DNA of 64,000 nucleotides from Octopus vulgaris (Eukaryota), in assembly GCA_951406725.2 (NCBI GenBank), contig OX597818.1, positions 87,792,001 through 87,856,000 on the forward strand, read 5' to 3'. The position numbers and the translations under genes are program-made. How positions within the stretch are numbered: the first letter of the stretch is position 1; each line of letters starts with the position of its first letter. Below, in pieces: positions 42,963 through 57,369 of the stretch. The notes under the pieces are model-generated. The model searched no databases. It was not told where the DNA came from and was given only the letters and a program-made list of their open reading frames with translations.

Positions 42963-43919
42963 GCATACATTTACACGCGCACACAATGAATTGATAATGA
43001 CAACTTAATACATGCTACAGATATTTCATTAGCATGCCAGTCTAATTACAGTCAGTGTATTACCAAGTCGAGTGTCAATTATTATCTGCCGAGGATTTCG
43101 AAATTCCCAAGGAAACGACTGGCAATTTGACTTATGTAATATACTGATTGCCAATAAATTGCCATGCTATCGAAACATATGTTGCATGCAGTGAACTGTC
43201 GTTATCCATTTATCTTCACTTACCATATCTGTGCACTACGTGACATATGTAGAATACTTTTTTATCTTTAAACTAATTTATCTGGTGACTGGATAGTATA
43301 ATAGGAATATTTACATATTAGCATTCCTACAGTAAACATCGCAAACCAATTATACGCTAAAGGCTAGCGAGTAAATAACGACGAATATTACTACGAAGAA
43401 CCAATCAATACTTTTACATTGAGTACTATATTCATGTATTTTAACACGGAAACAATTGATAGTGACTACAAAGTTTCAGCTTACTTGCTGACGTCAAACT
43501 GCCTGATGATAGTATGTAAGATGAACCTTCGAAATCACTGTCAGCTTTTTATTTGTAGACGTACATACGCTCACACGCAAAATACACTCAACATACACAT
43601 GTGCATTTATACGCACAAGCATCTACCTATTTTCCAACGTACGTACGTACGTACGTACCTACCTACCTACTTATGTATGTATGTATGTATGTATGTATGT
43701 ATGAATGTATGTATGGGTTTATGTGTGTATGTATGTGTGTGTAGGTATGTATGCATGTATATAAGTATGTATCAATCTATCTAACTGCCTGACTGCCTGC
43801 CTGTCTGTTTGTTTGTCTGTCTGTCTATCTGCACACACTCACACACACTTTCTCTCTCATACACACACATACATGTGTGTATATATATACATATACATAC
43901 AAACATATATATATATATA

Positions 43920-43980
<61 letters not shown>

Positions 43981-44206
43981 TATGCATATGTAGAGTAAAT
44001 ACGAGCGAGAGAGGGAGAGAGAGAGACCAAATATCAGTGTATATACTTAAACGTAGAATTAGTATCCAGTGAAACACAAGACATCCAACATATATCCATC
44101 GCAAACATATCTTCTCGCAGGGCAGCGCATTAAATATTTTCTAATATTTCTCCTAAACAGATGGAGGTTACACACATATAAACGAAAAAAATCTAATCGA
44201 TAATGG

Positions 44207-44257
<51 letters not shown>

Positions 44258-44875
44258 GAAACAAACAAACAAACTGTTGGTAGACACAACTATCTATGAA
44301 ATCAATCAAAAACCATACAGAATATTGGAGTGTTTGTTATTTGTTTGCTTGTTAGTCTTTTGTTTTATTTTTTTGAAAAAACAAAATTTTACTTTTATTT
44401 ATATATTTATATCGTTGCTTTTGTTTTTGTTCTTTGGTTTTGTTTTTTGGCGCAATGTAATAAAGCATAACACCACAGACGTTAGGAAAAAAAAAGCGAC
44501 GTCAAAAATAAAAAAGAAACAAACAATTACTACAAAAACAAAAGGAATACACACACACACACACACACATATATATACACACATATATATATATATATAT
44601 GTATGTATATATGTTTATATAGTTGTACAGTTGTTTTGACACCTCGCGTCGCAGAGAGCTGTTTCCAATTTATGCATATGTATATCCGTGTGTGTGTGTG
44701 TTTGTATGATTGTATGAGTGCGAATATGAGTATGTATGTGTGTATGCATGCATATATAGACATATACACACACTCACATACATACAGAAAGTTTCTTTTA
44801 TTTTATGGTAATATTTTAACTATGTAAACACTGTCCACCATTCCGTGTGTCTGTTTTTGAGTTAGTAGATATTTA

Positions 44876-44911
<36 letters not shown>

Positions 44912-44957
44912 TGTATGTATGTATGTATGTATGTATGTATGTATGTATGTATGTATG

Positions 44958-44996
<39 letters not shown>

Positions 44997-45163
44997 GTAT
45001 ATATACATGTATGTGTATATATATATATATCAATATATATATATATTTACATACTTATATATACATATAAATATATATATATATCTACACAGACACACAC
45101 ATACATATATATATATATGGACACATACACATATGTCCGCACACATGTATATATACAGATATA

Positions 45164-45219
<56 letters not shown>

Positions 45220-45247
45220 GGCATGTATATGTATATATGTATATGTA

Positions 45248-45281
<34 letters not shown>

Positions 45282-45607
45282 CATACGCATATGCTTATAT
45301 TGTGTGTGTGTGTATGTGTGTATGTCTGTGTGCATATAGCATTCAGAAATATATTCATCACTTGATACATCCTGCATACATGTACAGATTTTGATATTCT
45401 TTCTTTTTTTTTTTCGCTTCAGACAACAGAATGCGACCAGTCTGGAGTTGCACCTACTGTGGTATAGCAGATCATATCGTTTCCAATACTTACTTTAGCG
45501 ATATCAGTTTGTTGAACCGTAAGTTACAGGATGTAATCATAGATATGGACATGAACACACATAAAACACAACACACGGATGCACACGTACTAGTATTAAT
45601 ATACATT

Positions 45608-45654
<47 letters not shown>

Positions 45655-45664
45655 ACACACACAT

Positions 45665-45712
<48 letters not shown>

Positions 45713-45831
45713 ATTATATATACATATGTATATATGTATATATATATATAGAGATAGATAGATAATTAGATAGATTGATTGATAGATAGATAAATAGCTA
45801 GCTAGCTAGCTAGATAGATAGATAGACAAAC

Positions 45832-45917
<86 letters not shown>

Positions 45918-46401
45918 CCATAACCGTAATCATATCCGATTGTGCAATCATAACAACTTCAGACATCAACCCCTTCCAAAACAAGAGAATTCTTTTTTAG
46001 CTATGATGAATCATGCAATAGAAATAAAAGAAAACCACTTTACCTCTCACACACCACCAGACACTACTGTTACCCCAGTGCACATATAGAAACCAGTGTT
46101 GTCATTAACTCACAAAACAATTCAGTTATAATCCTTTATATTAAAGGGTGATAGTCGATTTCATCGACCACATTACTCATCTGGTACTCAATTTATCGAC
46201 CCCGAAAGGATGAAAGGTAAAGTCGACCTCGGAATTTGGACTCAGAACGTGACGACGGGCGAAATACCTATTTCTTTACTACCCACAAGGGGCTAAACAC
46301 AGAGAGGATAATCAAGGACAGACAAACGGATTAAGTCGATTATATCGACCCCAGTCAGTAACTGCTACTTATTTAATCGACCCCGAAAGGATGAAAGGCA
46401 A

Positions 46402-49070
46402 AGGGGAAATAACATACTCGCCCTTGTCTTTACCGCAAATTTAGACTTCATTCACAATGTTCAGCTCATTCCAACAACTATTTCTGACCACGACATTATA
46501 CAGTTATCTACATATGGCTCAAGGAGGTCAATACACACAAATAACATCAATCATGATTCACTCCTCATGAACCTGTATTTCAGGAAAGCCAAGTGGAAGG
46601 AAATCGAAACTGAAATCCTAAAATTAAAAAAAAATATAAATCTGGTCTTAGTTTATAGGCAACCTCAATGTCAACGAAGAAATGAAGTTTTGTTGAAGAG
46701 TTAATGAAAATCGTCGAATATATACCTCATAGCAACTCGCCGATTCCTACAAGAACTTGATTCCACGAGATAGACGCATGCTAGTGCATAACAGAACCAA
46801 ACTAACAAAACAACTAAAAGAAAAACCAAGTTCTCACAACAGATGCGATTGCGAAAAAAAAAAATAGGCGTAGGAGTGACTGTGTGGTAAGTAGCTTGCT
46901 TACCAACCACATGGTTCCGGGTTCAGTCCCACTGCGTGGCACCTTGGACAAGTGTCTTCTACTATAGACTCGGGCCGACCAAAGCCTTGTGAGTAGATTT
47001 GGTAGACGGAAACTGAAAGAAGCCCATCGTATATATGTATATATATGTATGTGTGTGTGTACGTTTATGTGTCAGTATTTGTCCCTCCCGTCCCCCAACA
47101 TCGCTTGACAACCGTTGCTGGTGTGTTTACGTCCTCGTAATTTAGCGGTTCGGCAAAAGAGACCGATAGAATAAGTACTAGGCTTACAAAGAATAAGTCC
47201 TGGGGTCGATTTGCTCGACTAAAGGCGGTGCTCCAGCAAGGCCACAGTCACATGACTGAAACAAGTAAAAGAGTAAAGGAGAATAAAATTTAAAAAAAAC
47301 ATTGAACTGGAACTAAAAATATCTTATGAAGGAAAAACTTCGCTGAAGGAATACTACCGAGCAATGGAGATTATATAAAGTATATATCCAATTTTTTTCT
47401 CCTTTTTCACAAAAATCATTCGCACATAACCAAGTTAGGCCTCTATTGGATCAGAATGGATCATATACTAGTGATTCATTACAAATATGCGCAGAGTGAA
47501 CAATATAACTGCATTTTCCCAACTCATAACCTACAAAATAGTGAATAATCCAAACGAAGTCTTTGATCCCTGGAACTCAACTGCAGAGACACGTCTAAAA
47601 ATTATTATATATATGATATTACTGAAGATATACTTTCATTTATTAATGACCTAGATTCAAACTCAGCATCTGGACCAGATGGTCTTCTAGCCATATTGTT
47701 AAAAACGTGAGAAAACAACGTCGCCAAACCGTTGAAAATGCTATTTCAAAAATCACCAGATACCAGTATTCTTCCAGATCTACTGAAAGATAAATTGTAA
47801 CACCCAGTAGAAGGAAATTGAAACTGAAATTCTCCAAACAAACTGATCTCAGCGTATTGGCAACCTCAGAGGTAACGAAGGAATGAAGTTTTTGTACGAA
47901 GAGTGAAAAATTCTATCGAAATCATACCCCATATGAGTTCGCATATTCCCACAAGAATTTGATTCGACGAGATTGACGGTAATGTATCTTCTCTCGTAAT
48001 TTGCACTGCTTCTGGAACCACTACGTACGCTGATTCCACCACCATGACCACCATCATCTACTACTGTCGCTGCCACCACCACTATCAGCACCAGGACTGC
48101 TACCTCTATTAAAGCTATCGCCGTCCTTCCTATTACCATCATCAACATTATCGTTCGTCACAAAGGAAGTAGCAGGGCTGAAGCCAAAAATTACAGACCG
48201 CTTTCTCTCCCATTTCGCACATTTAAAATTGTCGAACGCATTGTCCGAAAAAGAATAATTACACACCTTAGATAACACACAATGTGGTTTTCAGACTGGA
48301 CGATGTTCCCTTTCACAGCTATTACAATACTATCCTCAGTTGTCTCTTGAAAAGAATGAAGACTGACTGTATATACCTTGTTGATAAGATTGATCATGGA
48401 ATCATTTGTCGTAGGCTAAGAGATCTTGGTCTCGCAGAAAATTTCTGAGAATAGGTCTTTGGCTTCTTATTGGATAAGAATCAGTCTGTTGCTGCAAAGG
48501 GTTTTCTCTCTGCAAAATCACTTGTAATAAGTGGTATACCTCATGGCACGGTTCGAAGACTATTATCATCCTATCAGGTATACACTAGCAAGTGTACTCC
48601 GTCAACCTGACGAGCTACGCAGATAACACAAAAATATCGATGGCTATCCAAACTCCCGTAGATGTTATCACACATTAAAATGAGCTGAACCTCATTAATC
48701 AATCGGCAGATGAAGACAATATCAAATTTAATGCATTAAAATTTCAGGTTCTTCATTAAGGAGAGAATACACACAAATCACTATATTTGACACCAGATAA
48801 CACAATGACTCAGAGCACTAATAGCGTAAGGGACATAGGAGAAATCATGTCAAATGATGCATCTTTCACCAGCCACATCACCGAAATGCAGACATCTCAT
48901 AGGATGGATCCTACAAACTTTTGTGACAAGAGAACCGGTAGTTATGCTAACTCTATGGTTAACATTAGTTCTGAGCAGACTAGAATACTTCTCCTAGATC
49001 TGGTCTCCAAACTTATTCGATCTTATAGAAGAGATTTACAGGTTACAAAGAAAGTCCACCACTAAAATAA
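46402..49070 (+). pseudogene. Heavily decayed CR1-type LINE(s), endonuclease end to RT, interrupted by a SINE
   Basis: GNNILALVF..ISDHDII, IPRDRR linker (second copy ~47860-48000), DKIDHGI, SGIPHGTV, SYADNTKI, VRDIGEIMS. Confidence 0.7.
46867..47283 (+). mobile_element. tRNA-derived SINE family A, full length with a central TA/TG microsatellite
   Basis: A/B boxes, ACCTTGGNCAAGT central motif, GTAAAAGA tail. Partial copies at ~5690, 9098, 15054, 15960, 42115/42540, 54650, 56470, 58300. Confidence 0.85.
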
Positions 49071-49163
49071 CTTCGGTTATAGGCCTTAATCGTCTTCCAG
49101 GGACATTCTCTCGCTTTTGAAGCGCCCGTACCATTCGAAACATTGCGTCCGACCCATTGCCTC

Positions 49164-49262
<99 letters not shown>

Positions 49263-49285
49263 CGTGCGTGTGTGTGTGTATACAT

Positions 49286-49336
<51 letters not shown>

Positions 49337-49341
49337 CATAC

Positions 49342-49390
<49 letters not shown>

Positions 49391-49410
49391 CACACATATA
49401 TATATATGCA

Positions 49411-49792
49411 TCTCTCTCTATATAAACGGCAGTTTGTCTGTGTGTGTTTCTGTGTCTGTCAGGTTGTACCCTCACCCTGACCACGGCTTTCAACCGATTC
49501 TGATGAAACTTGACACACACATAGCCCAATGTCATAATTCAAAACTAACGCAGCGAAAATTTTGAAAAGTTCCCCCAGTTCTGAAAAAAATCGATAAATT
49601 CGACATGGGGTCGAGAATCAGAAACCCAAACCACAGACCGTCTAGGGGACGCAACTCCACCTTTTTTAACTCTCAAAAAAATTTACCATAATTTTTTTTC
49701 CATTTTTTTGCTATTTTTTGGCTATAACTCTCTAAAATTGCTTTATAGTTATTTCCCTTACAAACCTGAGCAACGCCGGGCGATACTGCTAG
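49411..49792 (+). mobile_element. Non-autonomous Helitron
   Basis: A|TC 5' end; subterminal hairpin CCTGAGC-AAC-GCCGGG; CTAG|T 3' end; no TSD. Confidence 0.8.
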
Positions 49793-50949
49793 TATATTAT
49801 ATATTTACATATATGCATGCGCATACATATATGTATTTATACCTATACACATAAACATATACATATGCATATAAATATAAATACATACATGTATTTGTGT
49901 TTGTATATATGAATATATATATAGATGTATATGTATCTATTTATCTCTATCTATACCTATCTACCTACCTATATATATATACACATGCACACACTCACTC
50001 ACACACACATATATATATATATACACACATCTTATATACAAATAGGTGAACACAAGCTCTCACACTATATATATCCACGACGACGACAACCACCAACACC
50101 AACACCAACATCACCACCACCACCACGACTATCACCACCTCTACTACCACCGCCACCAGCACTGCCTCGCCATCACTGCTAACCCAAGCATTAAGTAGAG
50201 GGTCTACCCTTAAACTCCAGCCCTACCGAAGTCCCACTTAAAGTAGGTATCTGTGCATTAGATAAAAAGAAGGATCAAGCTATACAGTCGACTGAAGAGG
50301 TGACGTGGGTTCGTATCTTACGAACGCCGAATGAAAGGGGAACGTACTGTTGCTAAGTTACCGATACTCTTGCGCGCCTTCTCCTCTTAACCTCTGACAC
50401 AGACTGACCGCGGAGTGGGTTCACCGATTCTTTATTGGGTAGCTTAAGAGTCTGCAGTCAAGTCTGACTGATGGAGATTCGTGGTGATGACGACGACGAC
50501 GACGACGATGATGGTGATTTCATTGGTAGAAATGGTGGGGGATCGTAATGATAGCGGTGGCGGTGTGTGTGTTGCTAGCGATGGTGGTGGTGTTGGTGAT
50601 GATGGTGGTACGGTGGCGGCGGTGGTGATGGCGATGTATTCTAGTTGCTGTTGTTATTGTTGCTAGCGGTGATGACCATGTTTATGCTGTTGATGGTGGT
50701 TGTGATAGTGATGGTGATTGCTTTGTGGTGATGATGAGGGTGTTGTTGTTGGTGGTGATGGTTGTGGTGATGGCGGTTGTGTTGGTAATGATCATGATGG
50801 TGATGGTTGTGGCGGTGAAGATGGTATTGATTGCGGTGCGGGGGGTGGGGTGAGAATAGTGATAGTTCTGTTTGTGGTAGTGGTGGTGGTAGTGGCAGTG
50901 GTGGTGGTGATGGTGTTGTTTTTGTTGTTAGTTGTTAGTTATTTTTACA

Positions 50950-50986
<37 letters not shown>

Positions 50987-52335
50987 TTGTGTGTATGTGT
51001 TTGCGTGTTTGTGTGTGCGCGCACGTGTGTGGTATGTGTTTGCGTGTGTGTGGTATGTGTTTGTGTGTTTGTGTATGTGTGTGTTTACGTGTTTGTGTAT
51101 TTTGTGTGTGTGTTTGTGTGTATGTTTGCGTGTTTCTGTGTGTGTGTGTGTGTGTGTTTGTGTGTTTTTGTGTGTGTGCTTGTGTACGTGTGTGTTTCTG
51201 TGTATGCGTTTGTGTGTGTGTGTTTTTGTGTGTGTGCTTGTGTACGTGTGTGTTTCTGTGTATGCGTTTGTGTGTGTCTGTTTGTTTTTGTGGGTGTGTT
51301 TGTGTACGTGTGGGTTTTTGTGTGTGTGCTTGTGTGTGTGTCTCTGTGTGTTTTTGTGTGTGTGTTTGTGTGTGTATGTGCTTGTGTGCGTGTGTGACTG
51401 TATTGGTTGCGGTGATGATGAAGATGGTGGTGACAAAGATGGAACCGATGGCCATGGCATTGATGTTAAGGTGGCGATAATGGTGTGAAAGGGAGGTGAG
51501 GATGGTTTCAGTGATGGCAGCCGTCTAAATGGTGGGAGAGGTTAATGATGGTGTGGGTGTTGACGGTGGTATGATGGTGTGATATGCATGGTGGTGGGGG
51601 TGTTGACGGTATTGATAGCAATAACGATAAAGATGGTGGTGCCCGGTTGTCACAGGGGAGTGATGGTGGTAGTGGTGGTATTGGGAGTGGCGGTAGCGGT
51701 ATTGGTGTTAGTGGTGGTGGTGGTGGTGGTGGTATTGGGAGTGGCGGTAGCGGTATTGGTGGTAGTGGTGATGGTGGTGGTGGTATTGCGAGTGCTGGTA
51801 GCGGTGTTGGAGGTAGTGGTGGTGGTGGTGGTAGTTGTGGTATAGTGGTGGTGGTGGTGGTGGTGTTGATGTGGTTATGACGATGGTGTTTTCGGTGGTG
51901 GTGGTAGTAGTAGTTGTAGTAGTGGTAGTGGTGGTGGTGTTGATGAGGGCATTAATAGCGACTGTCAGGAAGATAGTGGTGGTAGTTGACGGGGATGGGT
52001 GGTGGCGATACTGATGACGAAGAAGAAGGTGGTGGTGGTGGTGGTTGTGGTGATGGTTGTGGTGATGGTGATGAGGAGGATGATAAAAGCACTGGTATCG
52101 AGGGGGAGCGTCGGGGGTACATGAAAATGATGACAGCAAGTGTGGAAGTGATGGTTGTAGCAGTGGAGACGATGGCGGTGGTGGTAGCGGTGGTAGTGGT
52201 AATGGTGGTGATACCTTGGTGGTGGAGGCGGTAGTGCTGTGGTACTGTAGCTGCTGTTGCTCTTAATGATGTTGGTGATGGTGATGGTTGTAGTTTTGGC
52301 GGCGGTGGTGTATGGGTCGTCGTAATGATTAGAAC

Positions 52336-52434
<99 letters not shown>

Positions 52435-53737
52435 ATGATGATGATAGTGATGGGAATGATGGCGACATTTTTAAGGGTCGTAACAGTCCTGGTGGTGGGT
52501 TTGATGGTAGTGGCGACAGTGGTGTTCGATGGTGGTGGTCGTGGTGGTACCGTCAATATAGACAATGGTTGCAGAAGCAGTGCAGATTGCGGTGTTAATG
52601 GTAGTGGTGTGGTCGTAGTTCTAGTGGAGGACATGTGTATCTATGCATGTATATATGTATGTACTGTATATTTGTATGTATGAATGTATATATGCATGCG
52701 TGTATGTATGTGTACGTACGTATGTATGTATGTATGTATGTATGTATGTATGTATGTATGTATGTATGTATGTGTGTATGTACGTATGTATATATGCATG
52801 TATGTATGCATGTACGTTCGTATGTATACACTGTGCGTATCTTAATGTGTATGTATTAACGTATATATGAATGTATGTATGTATGTATGTATGTATGTAT
52901 GCATGTATGTGTGTATGTACGTATGTATATATGCATGTATGTATGCATGTACGTTCGTATGTATACACTGTGCGTATCTTAATGTGTATGTATTAACGTA
53001 TATATGAATGCGTGCGTGTATATATTTATATGTGTACGTACGTATGTATGTATGTACGTATGCATATATGCATGTATGCACATACGTATATATGTATCAA
53101 TGTATGTATGTTATTATTCAGTTTTATTTCAATATGTCAACCCAATAGAGAAAGAACTGGATTGTAACCTAGATCTAATGCTCCTTCATTGGAATTTCAA
53201 CATCAACAGGGTATGTATGTATGTATGTATGTATGTATGTATGTATGTATGTATGTATGTATGTATGTATGTATGTATGTATGCATGTATGCATGCATGT
53301 ATGTATTCTCATGCATATAGTTGCATATGTAGACATGCTCATATATATATATATTTAAAAGAAAAACTTCTGTAAAGTTTTACAGATTTTTACAGTTCCA
53401 GTGATGGATTGGATCTGTAGTCTTCGAATTAGCTTTCTCCTTTCAGGTTTTGAGAAGCCTAATTTCTCAAGATTGGTATCTAGGCAGTAGTTTTCATATC
53501 ACAGGGCCCCCAAAATTACAGGTATATACCTGAGCTTGTAATCTGGGTTATGTATGTATGTATATGTGCAGCTTTGTATATTTTATTTTATCTATGTATT
53601 CTCATGCACATAGTTGCATATCTAGACATGCTCATGTATATTTAAATGCTAATAGAGAAAGAGCCGGTTTCTAACCTAGATCCAAGGCCACTTGCACGTT
53701 AATTTCACGTAATTTCGTTGTCGTAACCGACAGAATG

Positions 53738-53808
<71 letters not shown>

Positions 53809-54012
53809 AAATGGATAAATGAATTATCTTGTTACGGATTATTCAAATTATAACCGATACCTGGGTAGCAAAAATCACAACAGAAAAATCACGGTTGAGG
53901 TTACGACCATGGGGTATCGCAACCGTGCCTCAGTGCGGATAATTGAAGTTTTATATATTTAGTGAGGGAAGAAATGGAGCTGAACGAAGATTTTACAAAA
54001 TTCCTTTTTTTT

Positions 54013-54098
54013 ATTTTCTACACATGTTTCAAAGGCTGCAAATTCCCTAATTCGGATTGAATAAGGAGACCATTTTGCAGCTTTCTCTTCGGGAAAAT
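54013..54098 (-). ncRNA. Hammerhead ribozyme, left arm (CCGAAGA variant)
   Basis: ATTTTC-CCGAAGA-GAAAGCTGCAAA...TTTGCAGCCTTT-GAA-ACATGTGT-A-GAAAAT. Confidence 0.75.
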
Positions 54099-54426
54099 CC
54101 ACGAACTTAAATCTCCAAACAAATGCGCAGCAAGCTTTTCGAACAAACGCTCCCTAGGAGCCCATGGTATGAATGGCACAAAACTGTCTCTCAATATGCG
54201 TTGACGTCAGGGTGGGTGAAGGCCGACGAAAAAGTCCGTTGAGATAATTCGATAATTAACCGGAATTTGACCTCGAATTATCTCAACGGACTTTTTCGTC
54301 GGCCTTCACCCACCCTGACGTCAACGCATATTGAGAGACAGTTTTGTGCCATTCATACCATGGGCTCCTAGGGAGCGTTTGTTCGAAAAGCTTGCTGCGC
54401 ATTTGTTTGGAGATTTAAGTTCCTGG

Positions 54427-54512
54427 ATTTTCCTGAAGAGAAAACTGCAAAATGGTCTCCTTATTCAAACCGAATTAGGGAATTTGCAGCCTTTGTAACA
54501 TGTGTAGAAAAT
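54427..54512 (+). ncRNA. Hammerhead ribozyme, right arm (GAAA mutated to GTAA)
   Basis: ATTTTC-CTGAAGA-GAAAACTGCAAA...TTTGCAGCCTTT-GTA-ACATGTGT-A-GAAAAT. Confidence 0.7.
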
Positions 54513-54566
54513 AATAAAAAGGAATTTTGTAAAATCTTCGTTCAGCTCCATTTCTTCCCTCACTAA

Positions 54567-54638
<72 letters not shown>

Positions 54639-55630
54639 CTGTATATACCCAAGCTTCTTTCAGTCAGTTTCCATCTACCAAATGCACTCACATCGCTTTG
54701 GTCCTCCCGAGGCTATAGTAGAAAATACATACCCAAAGCGCTACGCAGTGAGATTGAATCGAGAACCGTGTGGTCGGGAAGCAAGTTTCTTATCACACAG
54801 CCACACCTGCGCCTAGCTTCTTACCTCACAGTCAATACTTCACTTTGTAATTATCTTCACTGTTATCATGTTAATACTCGCCCAAACCATTACAATTAAT
54901 TCTCTACCTATTTCACCGAGCATATCGATTTGTTATAACCTATGAGGTGTACTACGCATATTACTTCGCATATTGCAATTTTGGTTTTGAGAGAATAAAT
55001 TTAACCTTCTTTCTGAGAATTTTATATCAATTTCCAGGATTTTGCATATATAAATGCTTTCTCTTAACTTTCCATTGAACATCATATTACCATTATTTGA
55101 TTAGCATTGCGCCTTGCATATTATTGCGATTACCGGAGGGTTATAATCGACATACATAAATTTTTGTAATTATTTTCACAGCCATGCAACAATAATATGA
55201 ACACGCCATTATTATTCATTCACTTATTTGATCATAATTGACTTTTCCAAATTACGTATTGTAAGTTGCATAATCATTTAGATACACTTGCAAACAATAA
55301 TAATGTTTACCCCTTATTTCGAGTCATCCCCTTAAGTCAGTGGTCAATAAAATGGGCAGTAGTGTTCCTCTGAGTGCGCTGGAAAGATTCAAATGGGTTT
55401 TGAAGAAAAGCGGGGTGATAATGGGGTGGTGAAAAGTGGGTGATGGACGTAAACACATCAAAATAATGGGTTCATTAGGTGAATTTTTATTTGTGAAATA
55501 TAGTTCTTTTGAATTTGTTTCAGAAAGTGGGTTATGTTTGTGGTGGTGAGCAGTTGAGCGGAGGTGCTGGGAATTTGGCTTTTGTCCCAATGGGGCGGCA
55601 ACTTGAAAATTTTGGGAACCAAAAGGGTAT

Positions 55631-55681
<51 letters not shown>

Positions 55682-55853
55682 AACAAAATGGGACAAGAAC
55701 GCAAAACATTCGGACAACTAGGTGATACAAAAAAGGGACAACAAAACATCTAGATAGACGATACAAAAATAACAAGGACGGGTCATTCGAAGCTTCCTAT
55801 CCTCAGTCAAGAACCGGATCATCCTCGCAATTTCGGCTGATTAATCTTGAGAT

Positions 55854-55896
<43 letters not shown>

Positions 55897-55899
<3 letters not shown>

Positions 55900-56240
55900 G
55901 TAAATAAGTAAAAGGGATGTACATGTATCAATAAATTACGGCCGTTTCAAACAGCACCATTTAATTGATCAATGAAAACATTACCTCAATTTGAAATAAA
56001 TCGCTCTCTTCAGAAGCAGATGACCTTATTGATTTTAAAAACAAATGATAAACTATTTTTACCAAATTTATATCAATAATAGAAACCAAAATAATTACAT
56101 TGTTTCTTTATGTTACATGTGTGACAGCAATGTTATTTCTGTGCCAAACTGATGTAATGTTTCCTTGGATCAATTAAATGGAGTCGCTTGAAACGGCCGC
56201 AATGTATTGACACTTGTACATCCTTGTTACTTATTTACAT
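55897..56240. repeat. Inverted repeat (~95-bp arms) containing a degenerate hammerhead, likely a PLE pLTR pair
   Basis: 55897-55992 pairs with 56147-56240. Minus strand CTGAAGA (56013-56007)...GAA-ACGGCCGT-A; adjacent to (TA)n. Confidence 0.55.
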
Positions 56241-56359
56241 TCTGTTCATCCATCTTGGAGCTTTGCTGACGATACTGAACTGGCAAGGTGCCTCAATTTA
56301 AGATCCTAATGCAACTGAATCTTAAATGTGTTATATATATGTATGTATGTATATATATG

Positions 56360-56398
<39 letters not shown>

Positions 56399-57184
56399 GT
56401 ATGTATATGTATGTATGTATGTATATATGTATGTATATATGTATTCATGTATATATGTATGTATATGTATCTTCTTGTTGTTTCAGTCATTAGAGTGCGG
56501 CCATGCCGGGGCACTACTTAAAGAGCTTTAGTCGAACAAATCGACCCCAATATTTAATGTTTTTAAAGTTTGGTACTTCTGTCTGTCTGTTCTGCGGAAC
56601 AGCTAACTTACGAGAACGTAGACGAACCAACACCGGTTGATAAGGGATGCTGGGTGACAAGGACAAGTACACACAGATAGAGTTACATACGCACTCACAC
56701 ACTTACACACGCACACACACACACACACATATACGCAAAGACGCAGACTCACACATACACACATATACATGTATGTATGATTGTACGTATGTATTTTCAA
56801 TTGGCAACGTTCAAGGAAGCAGTGAAACCTAAGGAACTAGTAAGACCAAACTAACCACCATCGTTGCTAGTATCACAAACACCACTAGCACACCACCAAC
56901 ACCACCACCACCACCACCACCACTGCTACCACCACCGTCACCACCACCACCCGGGGTCTGTGTAACTCATTAGAAAGACTAGCAGGACGTGACATTTGTT
57001 TTCGTCCCTCTGGTTGCAGCTGATGGGTCAAATTGGCTCCACCTGTGCCGGCGATACACACACACACAGACACACACGCATGTATACACACATATACACA
57101 GACATAAACATACGTATATTTATATCTATTTTGCGCTCTCTCCCTGTATGTTTGTGTATGCATGTGTGTGTGTGTGTCTGTGTA

Positions 57185-57250
<66 letters not shown>

Positions 57251-57305
57251 ATAGACAGATATGGATAGATATAAATAAATATATACATATATATGTACAT
57301 GTGTA

Positions 57306-57365
<60 letters not shown>

Positions 57366-57369
57366 TACA

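Larger units (their letters stand above)
53807..54573. mobile_element. Inverted pair of PLE pLTRs (~300-bp arms, 20-nt spacer) between (TA)n tracts
   Basis: Arms 53952-54252 and 54273-54573 are near-perfect reverse complements. Homologous to 16540-16790 and, for 53807-53950, to 19930-20077. Confidence 0.88.

Noticed and set aside
50718-52683. Gly/Val/Cys-rich ORFs
   Set aside because: Microsatellite translations.
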